Shown here one piece after another: positions 26,050 through 38,377 of a DNA stretch of 64,000 nucleotides; the stretch's first letter is position 1; each line of letters begins with the position of its first letter. The stretch lies in NCBI GenBank assembly GCA_039545335.1, contig BCIN01000002.1, positions 2,032,484 through 2,096,483 on the forward strand, in the 5' to 3' direction. The notes below the pieces were generated by a model. It was not told the origin of the DNA and made no database searches. It worked only from the letters and a program-made list of their open reading frames with translations. The position numbers were made by a program, and so were the translations under genes. The DNA comes from Kondoa subrosea (lineage: Eukaryota).

Positions 26050-26177
26050 AATATCTTTTGCGGAAACATGGTTAGAGGGACATTTTCACATTACTTGTAC
26101 ATTGCGTTCCGTCTATGTGTGGTGTGTAATACTATCATTGTACATTGATTGAGAGAAAGCTTATCGACACATTGGAG

Positions 26178-27430
26178 CTAAGATGCTTGATTGGGTCTTT
26201 TGAGATACTTTCTGTAAATTGCCTTCTTCCCTGAGCCGACACCTGCTCCAGTACCCTGCGACACACAGCACGTCAGCAGGATTCTAACAAGAGATATGAG
26301 ATTTACCCTCTCTTGTTCCAAAGCAAGGTAAACATCTCTCAAAAGAATATGATCTGGTTCGACAAATGCTGGATCTTCAGCTGCAGCTGATGCTTCCAGT
26401 TCCATCAATTGAGTAGAAGATTGACCGAGTTTTGATTTAGGATTTCGAGGAGGTGTTGGAGTGGAAGCGCCGCCAAAGTTGCCAGCTCCCAACCAAGAGT
26501 ACTTATTCTTTTCGCCAAACAGAGTATGCCTTGCAGCTGAATCTGACATCTTCTTTTGCATTTCTTCAGGCATGTTTTTAGCTGCTTGAGCTGCGCTTTC
26601 CTTCTTTTTTGCTTTCTTCTTTGGTCTTCCTTCACCACCTTCTTCTTCCTCATTAGCAGCAGCTTCTGCTGCCAAAGCTTGCTGAACACCTAATTCTATA
26701 GCTTCTCTTTCATCCCTCTCAATCCTTTCTCGTCTCGCTACCCTTTCTTCCTCTTTCTCAGTCTTATCAATAGCTTTCAAGATCTTGTTTGTATCATCAT
26801 GTAGACTTTCATCCCACATTGGACCTCCTTCTTCTTCACCACCACCAGGAAAAAAAGGTGGTGCTCTGTAAGGAGAAGAATCTACTCTGTGATTTCGAGC
26901 AGCGACTATATCTTCCAATAAACTTCGAAGTCGATATTGAATAGCGTAAGTAAGTAGATCGAGAGTATCTGATTTCAAAGTTCTCATTTGACTTTCGCTG
27001 GCTGCCATATTCACAGACAATCAATCAGGCTCAGCAATTTCAGCGTGGATGAATTAAACTAACCTATAGTCGTCACTGATCGTTGTAGATTACTTCTATT
27101 GACTAGATCTTGCAGTAAAGGTGTAGTGTCATATTGAGTTAAAGCAATATTCTGAGTTGCAGCCTTTCTCATTGTTAAGTTCTGCTTCATGGCTTCTTCT
27201 TCGGCCTGCTCAAACACATATTATTATGTTCAATGCTTGTGGCAGTAATGCGGGCGGGCGCACATTGAGATCAAAGCCTGACATAGCCAACGCATCGTGT
27301 AAGGTATTGAGATCCGTTTGCTGAGCGTTTCCTCGCGAAGTTCCTCTATCATTACAAGTGAGATTAGATTCTATGCTATAAGGGATGTTACGAGAGATGG
27401 GACCCACTCTCCTGTGCCATCCTGGTCCAT
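26178..27430 (-). CDS. TAF4: TFIID subunit TAF4
   Basis: Spliced MDQDGTG|EGTSRG...DLNTLHDALAMSGFDLN|AEEEAM...LLTYAIQYRLRSLLEDIVAARNHR...SAARHTL...LLRDVYLALEQER, i.e. TAF4 histone fold plus the conserved C-terminal segment. Confidence 0.85.
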
Positions 27431-27480
27431 GTTGGATGCTGAGATTTTGGTTTGAGTGTAAGAGGCTTATTTGCAAACGA

Positions 27481-28398
27481 ATGTCCACTGTATACCCGCC
27501 TATCTCTACTGATGGCTCTCTACTCTTGGCCTGGCAATTAGGCAAGAGTGAAGTGTTGCTAGTTGGTGGTGGAAATGTAGCAGCAGATAGAATTCGTTCT
27601 CTTTTGGCTGGATTCAATTCAAAGACTAGGTATCCTCATATAACGGTAGTTTGTCCTGAAGAAGGTCTAAATGATGAGTGTCGCTATCGATTGCAAGATC
27701 CAGAACAGCAAGCTTTATATGGAATCAAGCATGTTAATCGCAACTTCGATGAAGAGTTGGATCTACCTTCATCTTCATCTTCTTCATCATCTTCTTCTTC
27801 CTCTTTACCTGATTTAGTCCTCACTGCAACGGATGATGCCCAAATTTCTGAACAAGTTTACAAGCTATGCAAGAAATTAAGAATCGTAGTCAATGTAGCA
27901 GATGTTCCACCTTTATGTGATTTCTACTTCGGTTCAGTTATAAAGAAAGGTCCCTTACAAATTATGATTTCAACAAATGGTAAATCACCAAGAATAGCAA
28001 ATCGAATTCGTAGAAAAATTGAATCTTCTTTACCTAACAACATTGATCAATCTATTGAAAATCTTGGTTTACTTCGACAACAACTTAGGAAAATTTCACC
28101 TCAACAATCAGAATCTCCTAGACGAATGGAATATATGAAAAGAGTGACAGATGCTTGGTCATTAGGTGAATTGAGTAGAATGACACCGGAAATGAGAGAC
28201 AAGGTACTTGAAGGATGGGAAGATGATATTGTTTTGAGTTATGCGGATGTCACGGGCGATTTATGGAGCAGGATAAGATGTCCGGTTGCGGAAAAGGGTG
28301 TGGATGCACATACAGCTACTATTTGGGTTGGGATTGCTGGAGTATGCTTGGGTGTTGCCGGGAGCACGTTGGTATCTTGGATCAGGAGTAGAAGATAA
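27481..28398 (+). CDS. MET8: Precorrin-2 dehydrogenase/sirohydrochlorin ferrochelatase (siroheme synthesis), intronless
   Basis: SLLLAWQL..SEVLLVGGGNVAADRI (NAD-binding), VNVADVPPLCDFYFGS and LQIMISTNGKSPR. The likely start is the ATG at 27481, not the ORF-track start at 27385. Confidence 0.93.
   Translation: MSTVYPPISTDGSLLLAWQLGKSEVLLVGGGNVAADRIRSLLAGFNSKTRYPHITVVCPEEGLNDECRYRLQDPEQQALYGIKHVNRNFDEELDLPSSSSSSSSSSSSLPDLVLTATDDAQISEQVYKLCKKLRIVVNVADVPPLCDFYFGSVIKKGPLQIMISTNGKSPRIANRIRRKIESSLPNNIDQSIENLGLLRQQLRKISPQQSESPRRMEYMKRVTDAWSLGELSRMTPEMRDKVLEGWEDDIVLSYADVTGDLWSRIRCPVAEKGVDAHTATIWVGIAGVCLGVAGSTLVSWIRSRR
27769..27804 (+). repeat. (TCN)12 poly-serine tract inside MET8
   Basis: tca tct tca tct tct tca tca tct tct tct tcc tct. 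Confidence 0.9.
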
Positions 28399-28687
28399 CT
28401 ATTCTTGTCATAGTAAGGTCTCTCCTTGAGTATTGACATCTGTTCTCACGTTGCTTCCAGATAGAGCTTTTGTACTAGAATGTCAATATGTATGAGGGTG
28501 CATGTACACGCTCTTGTTCAGGGACGATTGGGAGAAATAGCAACGCCGCGCCGGTCCTCCCTTTCTCTCGTCTTTCCACGAATTCCTCTTCTTTTTCATC
28601 TTGTTCTGCTCATCATCTTTAATCATATTTCTGTTTTGCTCTTGTTTGAACACCATCACATTCTGCTGGAGTATGGACAGCATCGCG

Positions 28688-30539
28688 ATGGGTCAAATTA
28701 CCGAACTGAATGAAGAAGATACTCTGTAAGACTTTCATCGTACTGGAGCAGACTTCAGACTAATTCTTATGTTATAGCAGCGATTTTAGCGACTCGCAAC
28801 AAAGGTAGGTATTCTCTATCTGATCATTTGGATCAGCTCATTGCTAGAAAAGGACGTATGAAGCTTTGATAAAGGAAGAAGCAGATCAAGAGAAGTTCGT
28901 CTCTCTGTCCTTTACATCAGCTTCAGTTCTCTTACATGTCTTATTAGAGAATACCATGATATTCTCGAAACTGGGAAAGCAGAATTGGCAGTCGAAAGAG
29001 AGGTTTTGGAAGAAGAAGCTGAATTGATCAAAGAACACCGGTCGATACTCGCTACCCGTCAAGAGAAAGCTCCAAAAGAGAACGGCAGCAAGACTGGCCC
29101 ACCAGCTCTACATTCAGCTTTTGATACTCATCATCATCCTACCATTCGTGCTCATTTCCCGGAAGAACTACCACATTTACATGAGCCGAGCGTTGAAGAA
29201 GGTGATACACCCGAGGAGAAGCCGGAAGAAGGAAAGCAAGACAACATTGTCGAAATTGCCGATTCTGAATTATCGCGAACCACCGAAAACAGTCCAGATA
29301 CTCAAAACCTTCCCTTGATCGATAATGATATCACTCCCAACGATAACGACGAATCAGATGAAATTGGGCCACTTCGAGCATGCTCTGATGCTAAATTGCC
29401 TTCGAACCATTATTGGAGACCTTTTGCTGCTGAAGTTTGGCGCTATGAGAGTTTAACGCTTTGGTCTGATCCGAACAGAGCTGAAGGTACGTCATTGATC
29501 TACGTTGAATGCAGAAACTCATTCGAAAGTTGATAGAGTCCTGCTCTGGGTCATTTTTTTTACTTCTTGAATTGAATCATCCTGACTCTTGCCTGCGAGC
29601 AGCATTCATGCCAACGATGCGCAGATCGGCTTTCATGACTTTGTTAAAGGTAGTGCGGACTTACAGAAGGTCAGATTCATCTTCTTGCTGGTTGAGGTTG
29701 TTCACTCAAAATTGCAAAAAGGCAATCGAATCTGCAACTCCTTTGGTTGCAAAGAGGTTCAAGAAACACTTCGAAGTCATCACTGAGCTATACTCGGAAG
29801 TACTATGGCCTGCTCTTAGAGCTTATGATATGGTTAGTCCTGTTCTATGCTCTACAATTTGATATGAGGAGGCTAATCTGAATTTCTTGCAGTATGTGCG
29901 CTTCAGGTATATCATTTTACTCGAGAAAATATAGACGTAGTATTGATCGAGGCTCGTTCTGTTGCAGACATCAAGGGTATGTCGCCAAAAAAATGCCCGA
30001 CTGACTTGAAGCTAACTGAATCCCTTTCTTTAGCGTCACCTCATCCGATCTTGTTCAGTTCGACTCAGTTCTTCTTGGATCTATCATGATTGAAGGACCA
30101 GAGGAATTTCTCCTTCGCACTGGAAAACAGCCTGAACCCGCTGTGCACGACTTGCCGCCTCCTCCGCCTCCAATGCTCTTCCCTCCGGACGACGTCAATG
30201 ATGCGTTCGCCGCTCGGTCCTCTAACGAGTCTTTTGATGCACCAGTTTCAGAAGATGACAGCGCTCTGGCTACTTTTTTGGACGGCATCTATATGTCCCT
30301 GGGCAAATACACTGAAGCATTCAAGCAGGCTGGTGCAACGACTGAGCAGATGGTGAGTTTCTTCCATTTTAATGCACTACATTATTAATCGAGGGAAGCA
30401 GTTTGTGGAGCTCACTCTTCTAGGTGAAATCGCTCTGGAAGAATTCGTTACTTCTGTCGCAAAGGACAATGGGATTACCAAGTTCATGCAGACAGTCTTG
30501 ATATCTTCGCTTCGTCAGCGCTATAGCAAGACATTGTAG
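28688..30539 (+). CDS. Hypothetical multi-exon protein with a possible C-terminal SAM-like domain
   Basis: A regular series of GT-AG introns follows the ATG at 28688. The last exons read LATFLDGIYMSLGKYTEAFKQAGATTEQM|FVELTLLG...ITKFMQTVLISSLRQRYSKTL*. Internal junctions are not fully resolved. Confidence 0.6.
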
Positions 30540-30630
30540 GATCGCATTGCAATTTGTAATCAGCAACTCTTCTGCCAACCATCATAGATCATTGATACCC
30601 CTGCATTTGCTCCTGATCGTCGTTTGAAAG

Positions 30631-33148
30631 ATGTCTGACGTAGTACTTGTGCGTTTAAGACCGTATCAAAGCTGTTCCTCAGCTGACTCGAAAGCTTCAG
30701 ATTGACAATTATGATTCGTTTACTTGGTGAGCTGAATTCGGCAGGACTTATACTGCTATGACTCAGACATCTTCTTGAAGGAACCTGTATCAATACCTAT
30801 GTCTGCTTGGTGCTCAGGTCGAAGTGTACCGCTCGCAAGATTTGACGTTGGAGGAATTATTGTCCAAGCACCCTTCTCCTTCTCATATCGTCATCTCACC
30901 TGGTCCTGGTCATCCATTAAAAGATTCAGGCATTTCTATTCCAGTCATCAAGCATTTCGCAGGCAAAGTACCAATTCTAGGAGTATGCATGGGCCTACAA
31001 TGTGTTTATGCTTGTTATGGAGGCAACGTGGATGGAGCAGGAGAGATCATCCATGGTAAAACTAGTGGAGTAACTCATGATGGCAAAGGAATCTTCAAGG
31101 ATGTAACTCAGAACATTCAATCTACTCGATATCATTCTTTGGCTGGAAGTCTGAGCAGTCTGCCGGACGAGTTGGAAGTCACAAGCAGAACGAAAGAAGG
31201 TGTAGAAGGTGAAAAAGGTGGAATCGTTATGGGTATTCGACACAAGATTTTCGCAGTGGAAGCTGTACAATATCACCCTGAAAGTATTCTGTCCGAAGAG
31301 GGTAAAGTTTTGCTTGGCAATTTCCTTGCACTGAAAGGCGGCAAATGGTCAGACAATCCATCCTTCTCAGTCTCACCAGTACAGAATGGCAAACTGGAAA
31401 AATCCTCTTCCTCTTCTCTACCTACAATATTGAACAGCATCAAAGCACAACGCTTGGAAGATATAGCTCAAGCGAAAGCAACACCCGGCACAAGACCTCA
31501 AGATCTTGAGTCTCTTCTTTCACTTCATGTTGCACCACCTGCTTTAAACCTTCACAAGCGTCTTCAAGCGTCCTCCTCCTCTTCTTCTTCTTCACAACAT
31601 GTAGCCCTGATGGCAGAGTACAAACGGGCTTCTCCTTCAAAAGGCGACATCATGTCACCCGACACACCCATTTCAGCAGCTTCTGTTGGTTTATCTTACG
31701 CTTTGGCCGGAGCATCAGTCATATCCGTCTTGACGGAACCGAAACGCTTCAAGGGTTCTCTGTTCGATATGAGATCCGTTCGAGATATAGTCAAACATTT
31801 ACCTAATCGACCAGCAATACTAAGAAAAGATTTCATTCTCGATACATATCAAATTGATGAAGCACGAATCTATGGAGCTGATACCGTCTTACTTATTGTT
31901 GCGATGTTGAATGATGAACAACTGCAAACCCTTTACGATTACTCGTTAGCGAAAGGAATGGAACCTTTAGTGGAAATCAATAACGCGGAAGAATTAACTC
32001 GAGCTCTGAAAATTGGTTCCAAAGTTATTGGTGTCAATAATCGAAACTTGCATGATTTCAAAGTTGATATGGAAACCACGTCCAGAATTGCTGATTTAAT
32101 CAAACAGCAAAGAGGAGAAGAAGGAGCAAAGGAAGTGATTCTGTGTGCTTTGAGTGGGATATCTTCTAGAAGCGATGTGACGAGGTATATGTCTCAAGGT
32201 GTCGGTGCTGTTCTAGTCGGCGAAGCCTTGATGCAAGCGAAAGACAAAGCGGCTTTCGTCAGAGAATTACTGGATCTTCCAAAAGACAGCACAAGTCAGG
32301 AACGAAAAGAGCAAGTCAAAGTTTCTCCTCCAGACAGTATCTCTTCGGACGATCTTTCATCATCGCCAGTCAACGGCATTCTGACTGGCCAAATTCCTCT
32401 AGTCAAGATCTGCGGCATCAAGACTCCGGAAGTAGCACTAGCTGCGGCAGAAGCAGGCGCAGACTTTATCGGTCTCATGTTTGTCAAGAAAAGCAAACGA
32501 TACATTACTCCCGATCAAGCTCAATCCATAATAGAAGCAGTCCGATCTCGCTCTGGTTCTTCTTCCTCTACCTCCTCTTCATCGTCCAAAGCACCTTCAG
32601 ATTGGTTCTCTTTCCAAACAGCTCGACTAGAACGAAAACAAAAACCACACTTTGTCGGTGTTTTCCAGAATCCAAGTATGCAGGAAGTTCTTTCCCTCAT
32701 TGACGAATTACAACTCGACCTTGTCCAACTACATGGCGACGAACCAACAGAATGGGCTTCTTGGTTACCTGTTCCAGTGATCAAAGCTTTCCATGTAGAC
32801 GCAACACCTTCGACTATTGTATTAAGCGAATCAGTCAAAGAAGCAAATCGACCAGGGTATCACGCTATTCCTTTACTGGATACAAAAGTAGGGACCGGCT
32901 TAAGTGGTGGAGCTGGTGTCGTTTTCGATTGGGAAGTTGCCAACAAAGTTGCGGATTTACAACATGGTTCTGGATTACCTCGATTGCCTATCATGCTTGC
33001 TGGTGGATTGGATGTAGAGAATGTCGCTTCCGCTGTCAAACAAGTTCAGCCCTGGGGACTAGATGTGAGCGGAGGAGTGGAAACGGACGGAGAAAAGGAT
33101 GTAGAGAAAATTAGAGCGTTTATCAAGGCCGCGAAAGGGTCAGTATGA
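30631..33148 (+). CDS. TRP1: Trifunctional tryptophan biosynthesis protein (TrpG glutamine amidotransferase, TrpC IGP synthase, TrpF PRA isomerase)
   Basis: MSDVVL|IDNYDSFT|WNLYQYL, SPGPGHP, GVCMG, QYHPES; AEYKRASPSKG, SVLTEP, LRKDFI, GVNNRNL; VKICGI, VQLHGDE, LAGGL and DVSGGVE. Confidence 0.97.
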
Positions 33149-33221
33149 CTGTATTTGTGATGCAATGTGTGTGCTTTGGGTATAATAGCTTAATATACAA
33201 TGTTTGGGTTTCAAGCCTTTC

Positions 33222-34181
33222 TTAGAGTGCTTTCTCAACTGCTTCAACGACTGGCTTTGGCTCTGCCTTGTTCTCTAACTGTGCTAAGACTTGCGGTGTA
33301 TGCAGTACCAGAGCTCTCGGTGTATCCTTGTCGCCGACTCGTCCTAGCGATTCGCGAGTTATGAATTCTGTCTTGACAGGCCTGCCATAGAGCACGATAT
33401 CAGTCTCTATGTCGAGCCAGACTATGAAGCATTCGTACATCTTTGCTGAAGCCACTTTCAGCACTGCCTGAATTTATCAGCTGCTTGATAGATATGAGGA
33501 ACTTGAATCAATGTACCTTGAGCAGCAATCTCCCGCCTCAATCCACCACCACCTACTTCTAGTACTACTTTGCCTTGTGGTACCCTGAGTGTGTATGTGA
33601 GATGGCGGCTGAGAAACTGAAAGCACGGGATTTACCTTGTTGCCCAATATTCGAAAGTTCCCTTGCCTGAATTGCAACATGAGTGGGAGGTAAACCAAGC
33701 ATTACTTCAGCATACCTTTGCCCATTCGTACTTCATTACCCTGCGGATACTGCATAAACACTTGCGAGCGAATTAGACGAGAATGACTTACTTTCACGCA
33801 AACTGGTATATCAGGGAACACCCTCATGAAGACTCTAGATCCTTTGACGGGTTTCAAAGCTTTCTTGACAGCATCTTCAGCTGTTGTGAGCTGTTTCGCC
33901 GATAACCTTGTCCCTTCTAGCACTCTGATGCCAAACTCGCCCAATTCCACTGTTGTCCCTTTCGTGGAGCCACCAGTATGTATAGGCACCCTTCCTGTTA
34001 ATTACAAGAGCATCAAGAGGTGCTGACACCATCTGAGCCGCATTCATTGACCTTTATGAGATTTACGATATTTCGTTCGCTTCGGTGCCAATTGAGAGCG
34101 ATGTCTTGCGAAAGTGAGACTAGGTTGGACAGAGTTGAACTGCCTTGTCAAGCAATCGCGGAAAGCAGTTTGCCAGAGCAT
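33222..34181 (-). CDS. MRPL16: Mitochondrial ribosomal protein uL16m
   Basis: Presequence-like N-terminus, then [26 protein letters not shown]...[28 protein letters not shown]. Confidence 0.93.
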
Positions 34182-34290
34182 CGTCGACTTGGGTTGATGC
34201 ATGATAAATTCGATTACAAAATGGTATGTGCTGCGAATTCCTTCATCCTGATACACATCGTCCGGATCCCTCACTGGTATAAAGCATCCT

Positions 34291-36456
34291 TCAATTGACT
34301 TCCGGTTGAATCTTCTTTCCAGTCATTCGATGACTGTCTTCTTTCAAGGGATTCAACTGGGAACTCAAACGCGGCTTGAACTTGCTTTCGACGTCGTGCT
34401 TGATTTCTATCGGTAGCATGGAGTCAATAATAGAAGAGGCAATCGGGAAATGCAACATGCCTGCTAATGTTTTGCGATTAGGGTTCTTAGTAGCCAAAGC
34501 TCTAGGCTGCACAGATTTAGTCTTTGCCTGTTCCAAATTGAAATTGTCAGCTTATGACAAAGACTAAAGGTGAGATACTGACCTTGGTATATACTGCTTC
34601 TTTTCCAATTTCCACAACAAACTTATCCTCCGGAACCCTCGTTTGCAACTCTTTACATTTCGCAACCCAACCAGCAGAAACAACCAAAGGTTTCGGATCA
34701 TCGTGTGTTCTATATCTATGGATAGTCATTTGTTTGCCAGCTTTGAAAACGATGTGCGATAATTTGACATTCAATCGACTTGTGACCTGAAAATCAAATC
34801 CCAGCATTTTTCAGCAAACTTGATAGAGTAATCAAGGAACCAAGGATTTCAACGCACTTTAGCTCCCAAGGATCTCAGAATATCACCAAACACTTGTCCA
34901 GCATCATCCCCCTCTGCAGTCCTCACATCAACATAAATCACACAACCACTCAAAGGTAATCCTCCTCCTCCAGAAGTAACACTCTCTTCTTCAAGAATAC
35001 TACTATCCCCAACTTCTTCTTTGAAAGGAATGAAACTTTTCCTCATTCCACCAGCAGCAACAAAAGCGTTTATTGAAACTCTTCTTGATTCTCCCGTTCC
35101 AATAGATCCAGTAGAAGCTCTAGATTTCTTGGATTGGTTGAGGAGGGATAAAGAAGGTGTAGAACCACTTCTAGTTAAACTTGAAGAAGTAGACGAAGGA
35201 GGAGGTGGCGGTGGCATGAGAGAACCTGAAAGTCGACGTGATTTCATTTGGGACATCATAGATTGTAATTTCGCTAATCCGGCAGCTTGTTGAGAAGATA
35301 GTCCATCTGAAGTTGGTGCTTGTTGAGCAAGGTTGATTTGAGATGTAGAAGCTGATCTTGGTAAAGAAGCGAAAGGTACTGAAGTTTCTCCGTATGTCGA
35401 CGGAGTAGCTGCACATAATGATAAACGAGGGATTCCAGAAATTTTGTTAGTGTTGGAAGGAGATTGATGAGTGTTCTTTGGAATACAAGAAAGTTCTGGT
35501 CCATCCAAATTACCGGAAGTAGTGCGTTTCAAGCTTCGGACTCGAGAGACTGGCGTTTTACGAGAGTCACTACTGTCGGTCATAGGTTTTAGCCAATTGT
35601 CCAGAGTTGAATTGACTATCGTTGATCTAACAGATGCCGGATCGATTTCAATGTCTTGTGCTTCATGTTCAGATTGCTTAACTTCATCGATAATAGCTGG
35701 ATCAGATCCTTCGACGTCTTTGCTGACTGACAATTCCGTGTCACCCCTCAAAGTAGAAGAAGTGGACGAGATCGGTTTAACAGAAGAAGGTGCAGATGAT
35801 GCCTCGAAAGTTTGATGATCCAATGGAGAGATAGGCGGAGATTCATCTTGATCCAAATGCATTTCTTGCATACCTTCAGAAGGAGAAAGAGGTAAAACTG
35901 AATCGGAAGGAATAGGTGAATCTACAGCTTTTGCCAAATCACTGAGTAGATGAGAAGAGAGTTGTTTGGCTGGTAGAGCGAATGAGCGATGTCTGATGGA
36001 TGGAGGTGAAGTTGAAGAGGATCTTCTTTTGGGAGAAGGTCCAAGAAGGGATTCGATATCGTCATGAGGACGCTTTCGATCTCCAGCGAAGCTAGTGCGA
36101 GGGGGAGTGATGGAAGCAGCTCGAGCGATACCTGGATCTCTCGCAGCTAATGAGAAACCAGCAGGTTTGTCACCAAGTTGAACAGGTGTTGCTGCTTGAT
36201 TAGCTGAAGTCGCTGGCGGAAGAGACTTCAAGACAGCCGGAGCACTTTTCTGTTCACCATTACGATTCAATGACCGACCACTGGGCGCGAATGCAGCTTG
36301 ACGAGTGCTTGATGACACCTTTGTTGTTTTCTTTGGCACTTGCTGTTCTGGTGAAACGAGACCAAATCCGTATCTGGCTGAAGTACTTCGAGTCATTCTT
36401 CCTTTTGAGGCAGCCAGAGCATGACCCAAGCGTGAATTGTTAGAGTTGGAGTCCAT
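34291..36456 (-). CDS. BRCT-domain protein (long disordered N-terminus, single C-terminal BRCT)
   Basis: LSGCVIYVDVRTAEGDDAGQVFGDILRSLGAK|VTSRLNVKLSHIVFKAG...VVSAGWVAKCKELQTRVPEDKF is a microcephalin-like BRCT pattern. Confidence 0.85.
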
Positions 36457-36632
36457 TTCGAATGAATGTCTGTAAAGTGCATGACAATCAACAAATTAGA
36501 GGCTAATAAAGCACGTTGACAGCCATAAAGACTCACCAGTAGCCTTACAGCTTTACTACAGCTGTTCTCCGGCGTCCTAGACTCGGATACCTGCGATGTT
36601 TATATCGCTGTCTCGAAGCAACGAATCATCGA

Positions 36633-38080
36633 ATGCAAACCCAATCTGGCAAGCGAGCTGACACTGTAGCGATCAAGCACAAGCTGGCAGAGCTGCTGGG
36701 CAACGAAGGAGAACGCTACTGGGATGCCTTCGGCCTCTATCTGACTGGAAAAGCGACTCGCGAGGAATTCGACTTGTCCTGCTCTGCTTTATTAGTGGAT
36801 GAAGCGGGTGAGTCGATCTGTAGTCATCTATCTAATAATGCTATGTCTAAGCGTCCCAAGTACAGCTCAATTGCATAATGATTTGATTCTTGCTGTCTTA
36901 CACAATGTTACAGCTTCTGTTCCTCTACCTTCCTCTTCTGCTCGACAATCAGGCTGGCTCAAGAAACGTCGATCAAGTATCTCGTCCGAAGCAGGTTCTT
37001 CTCATCCAGAAACCAAACGTAGAAGATTAGGAGAAGCTGTCTTAGCTTTAGGCAAACGCGAACGAGCTCGACTCAAGTCTTTAGTCCATCTATCATCATC
37101 TAGCAACGATATAGAAGATCCTTCTTCTTCTTCTACAATCATCACTAGAAAACCTGGTACACCACTTGGAACACCTCGAATCATGCAAGGCAAATCAGCA
37201 GCTTTCCAACAAGATTTTGCTCGTTGCAAAAGTACTCTTCTTTGTGCTGAATCCCTTGTTTTACCTGATGAAGAATCAATGCAAGCGAGAATGAGTTGGA
37301 CAGCTTATCAAGCTGATTTATTAGGGGGAACGGATCCCGATGCAGTTACAGTTTTGATGGCTGCTTTGAATGTCAGTTTGTCCGTGATTCATTCCTCGTA
37401 TTATGCTCAAATGCGGTGTTATAGACACATTTACGGAATATCCTGCAAAGCGTTTTAGATCTCAAACAAATTCAACAACCTCTTTCACAAGATCTGAACC
37501 TTACAACATCCGATATAGCTGTTTTGGCTGAATTGTCACCTTCTTCGCTTGGTCAACCACCAACTGGAGCAGTTTGTCGTGCTGTAGCTTTATTAGCTCG
37601 ACAAAGTAATTTCACCGATGGGTGCGTTTCTTCCTTTACCTGTTCTTAATTCAATTTGATTAACGTTTGAGATATAGGATGACTAAACTGGAACAAATCT
37701 TGGATGCTTGTCCTTCGGATAAGAAAGTCCTCAGGGAAGAAACGCATGATGTGGCAGATCCTTTAAAGAAACCTTGGATTATAGAAGATCATCTACCTGA
37801 TCGGCTTCGATTACCTTCCTCCACTTCTTCTAATACGCAAGTCAATGGAACTCAAGGAGAAGAAGAAGGAAAGAAGGATAACAGTCAACAACAAGGGTTG
37901 TCGAAAGATTCTTCAATGCCTGATTTGATCAAGGAAATCTTCCCAGAAGTAGAATTGACTGCTTCACAGACTAAAGCAAATGATAAAGCAAATGAGAGGA
38001 GTAAGAGAAAAGATGGAGAAAAGGCATTGTTGGAAGCTGTTGATACAGTACAGCTTTTTCGCTTCTTGTCTGGAGATTAG
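36633..38080 (+). CDS. HFI1: SAGA complex subunit Ada1/Hfi1 (SAGA-Tad1 family)
   Basis: IKHKLAELLG...YWDAFGLYLTGKATREEF...LHNDLILAVLHN and LCAESLVLPDEESMQARM...AVTVLMAALN|THLRNIL. Confidence 0.85.
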
Positions 38081-38377
38081 GAATTTGCGTATGGGAAACT
38101 CTCATTACTATGAAAAGTACATGTAACTTGTTATATACACCCCTACTACTGAAGGAAAAGCCATTGTTTTGTCTTTGTCTGAATCCCTTTGCAAGTCCGC
38201 TAGGCAAAGACTGATCGAGATACCTCAGTGCACAAGTAATCGTGTGTTGTTGTTATCCTACCTACCTTGACGATGGACTTCAGCCGCTGTCCAGTTTCCG
38301 TTATGTTCAGTTTTTGGACTTAGACTGGTGTGTCTTCCCCAAGAAAGCTTGTGCACAGCCAATCCCACAGCTGTGCC

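Noticed and set aside
27385..27617. Overlapping antisense coding between ORF-track entries 27210-27617 (-) and 27385-28398 (+)
   Set aside because: The overlap disappears with the likely true starts (TAF4 at 27430 via an intron, MET8 at 27481).
33146..33160. Stop-codon readthrough to a cryptic peroxisomal signal after TRP1 (TGA CTG) or MET8 (TAA CTA)
   Set aside because: Neither matches the TGA CTA context exactly, and the extensions (LYL*, LFLS*) do not end in a PTS1 tripeptide.
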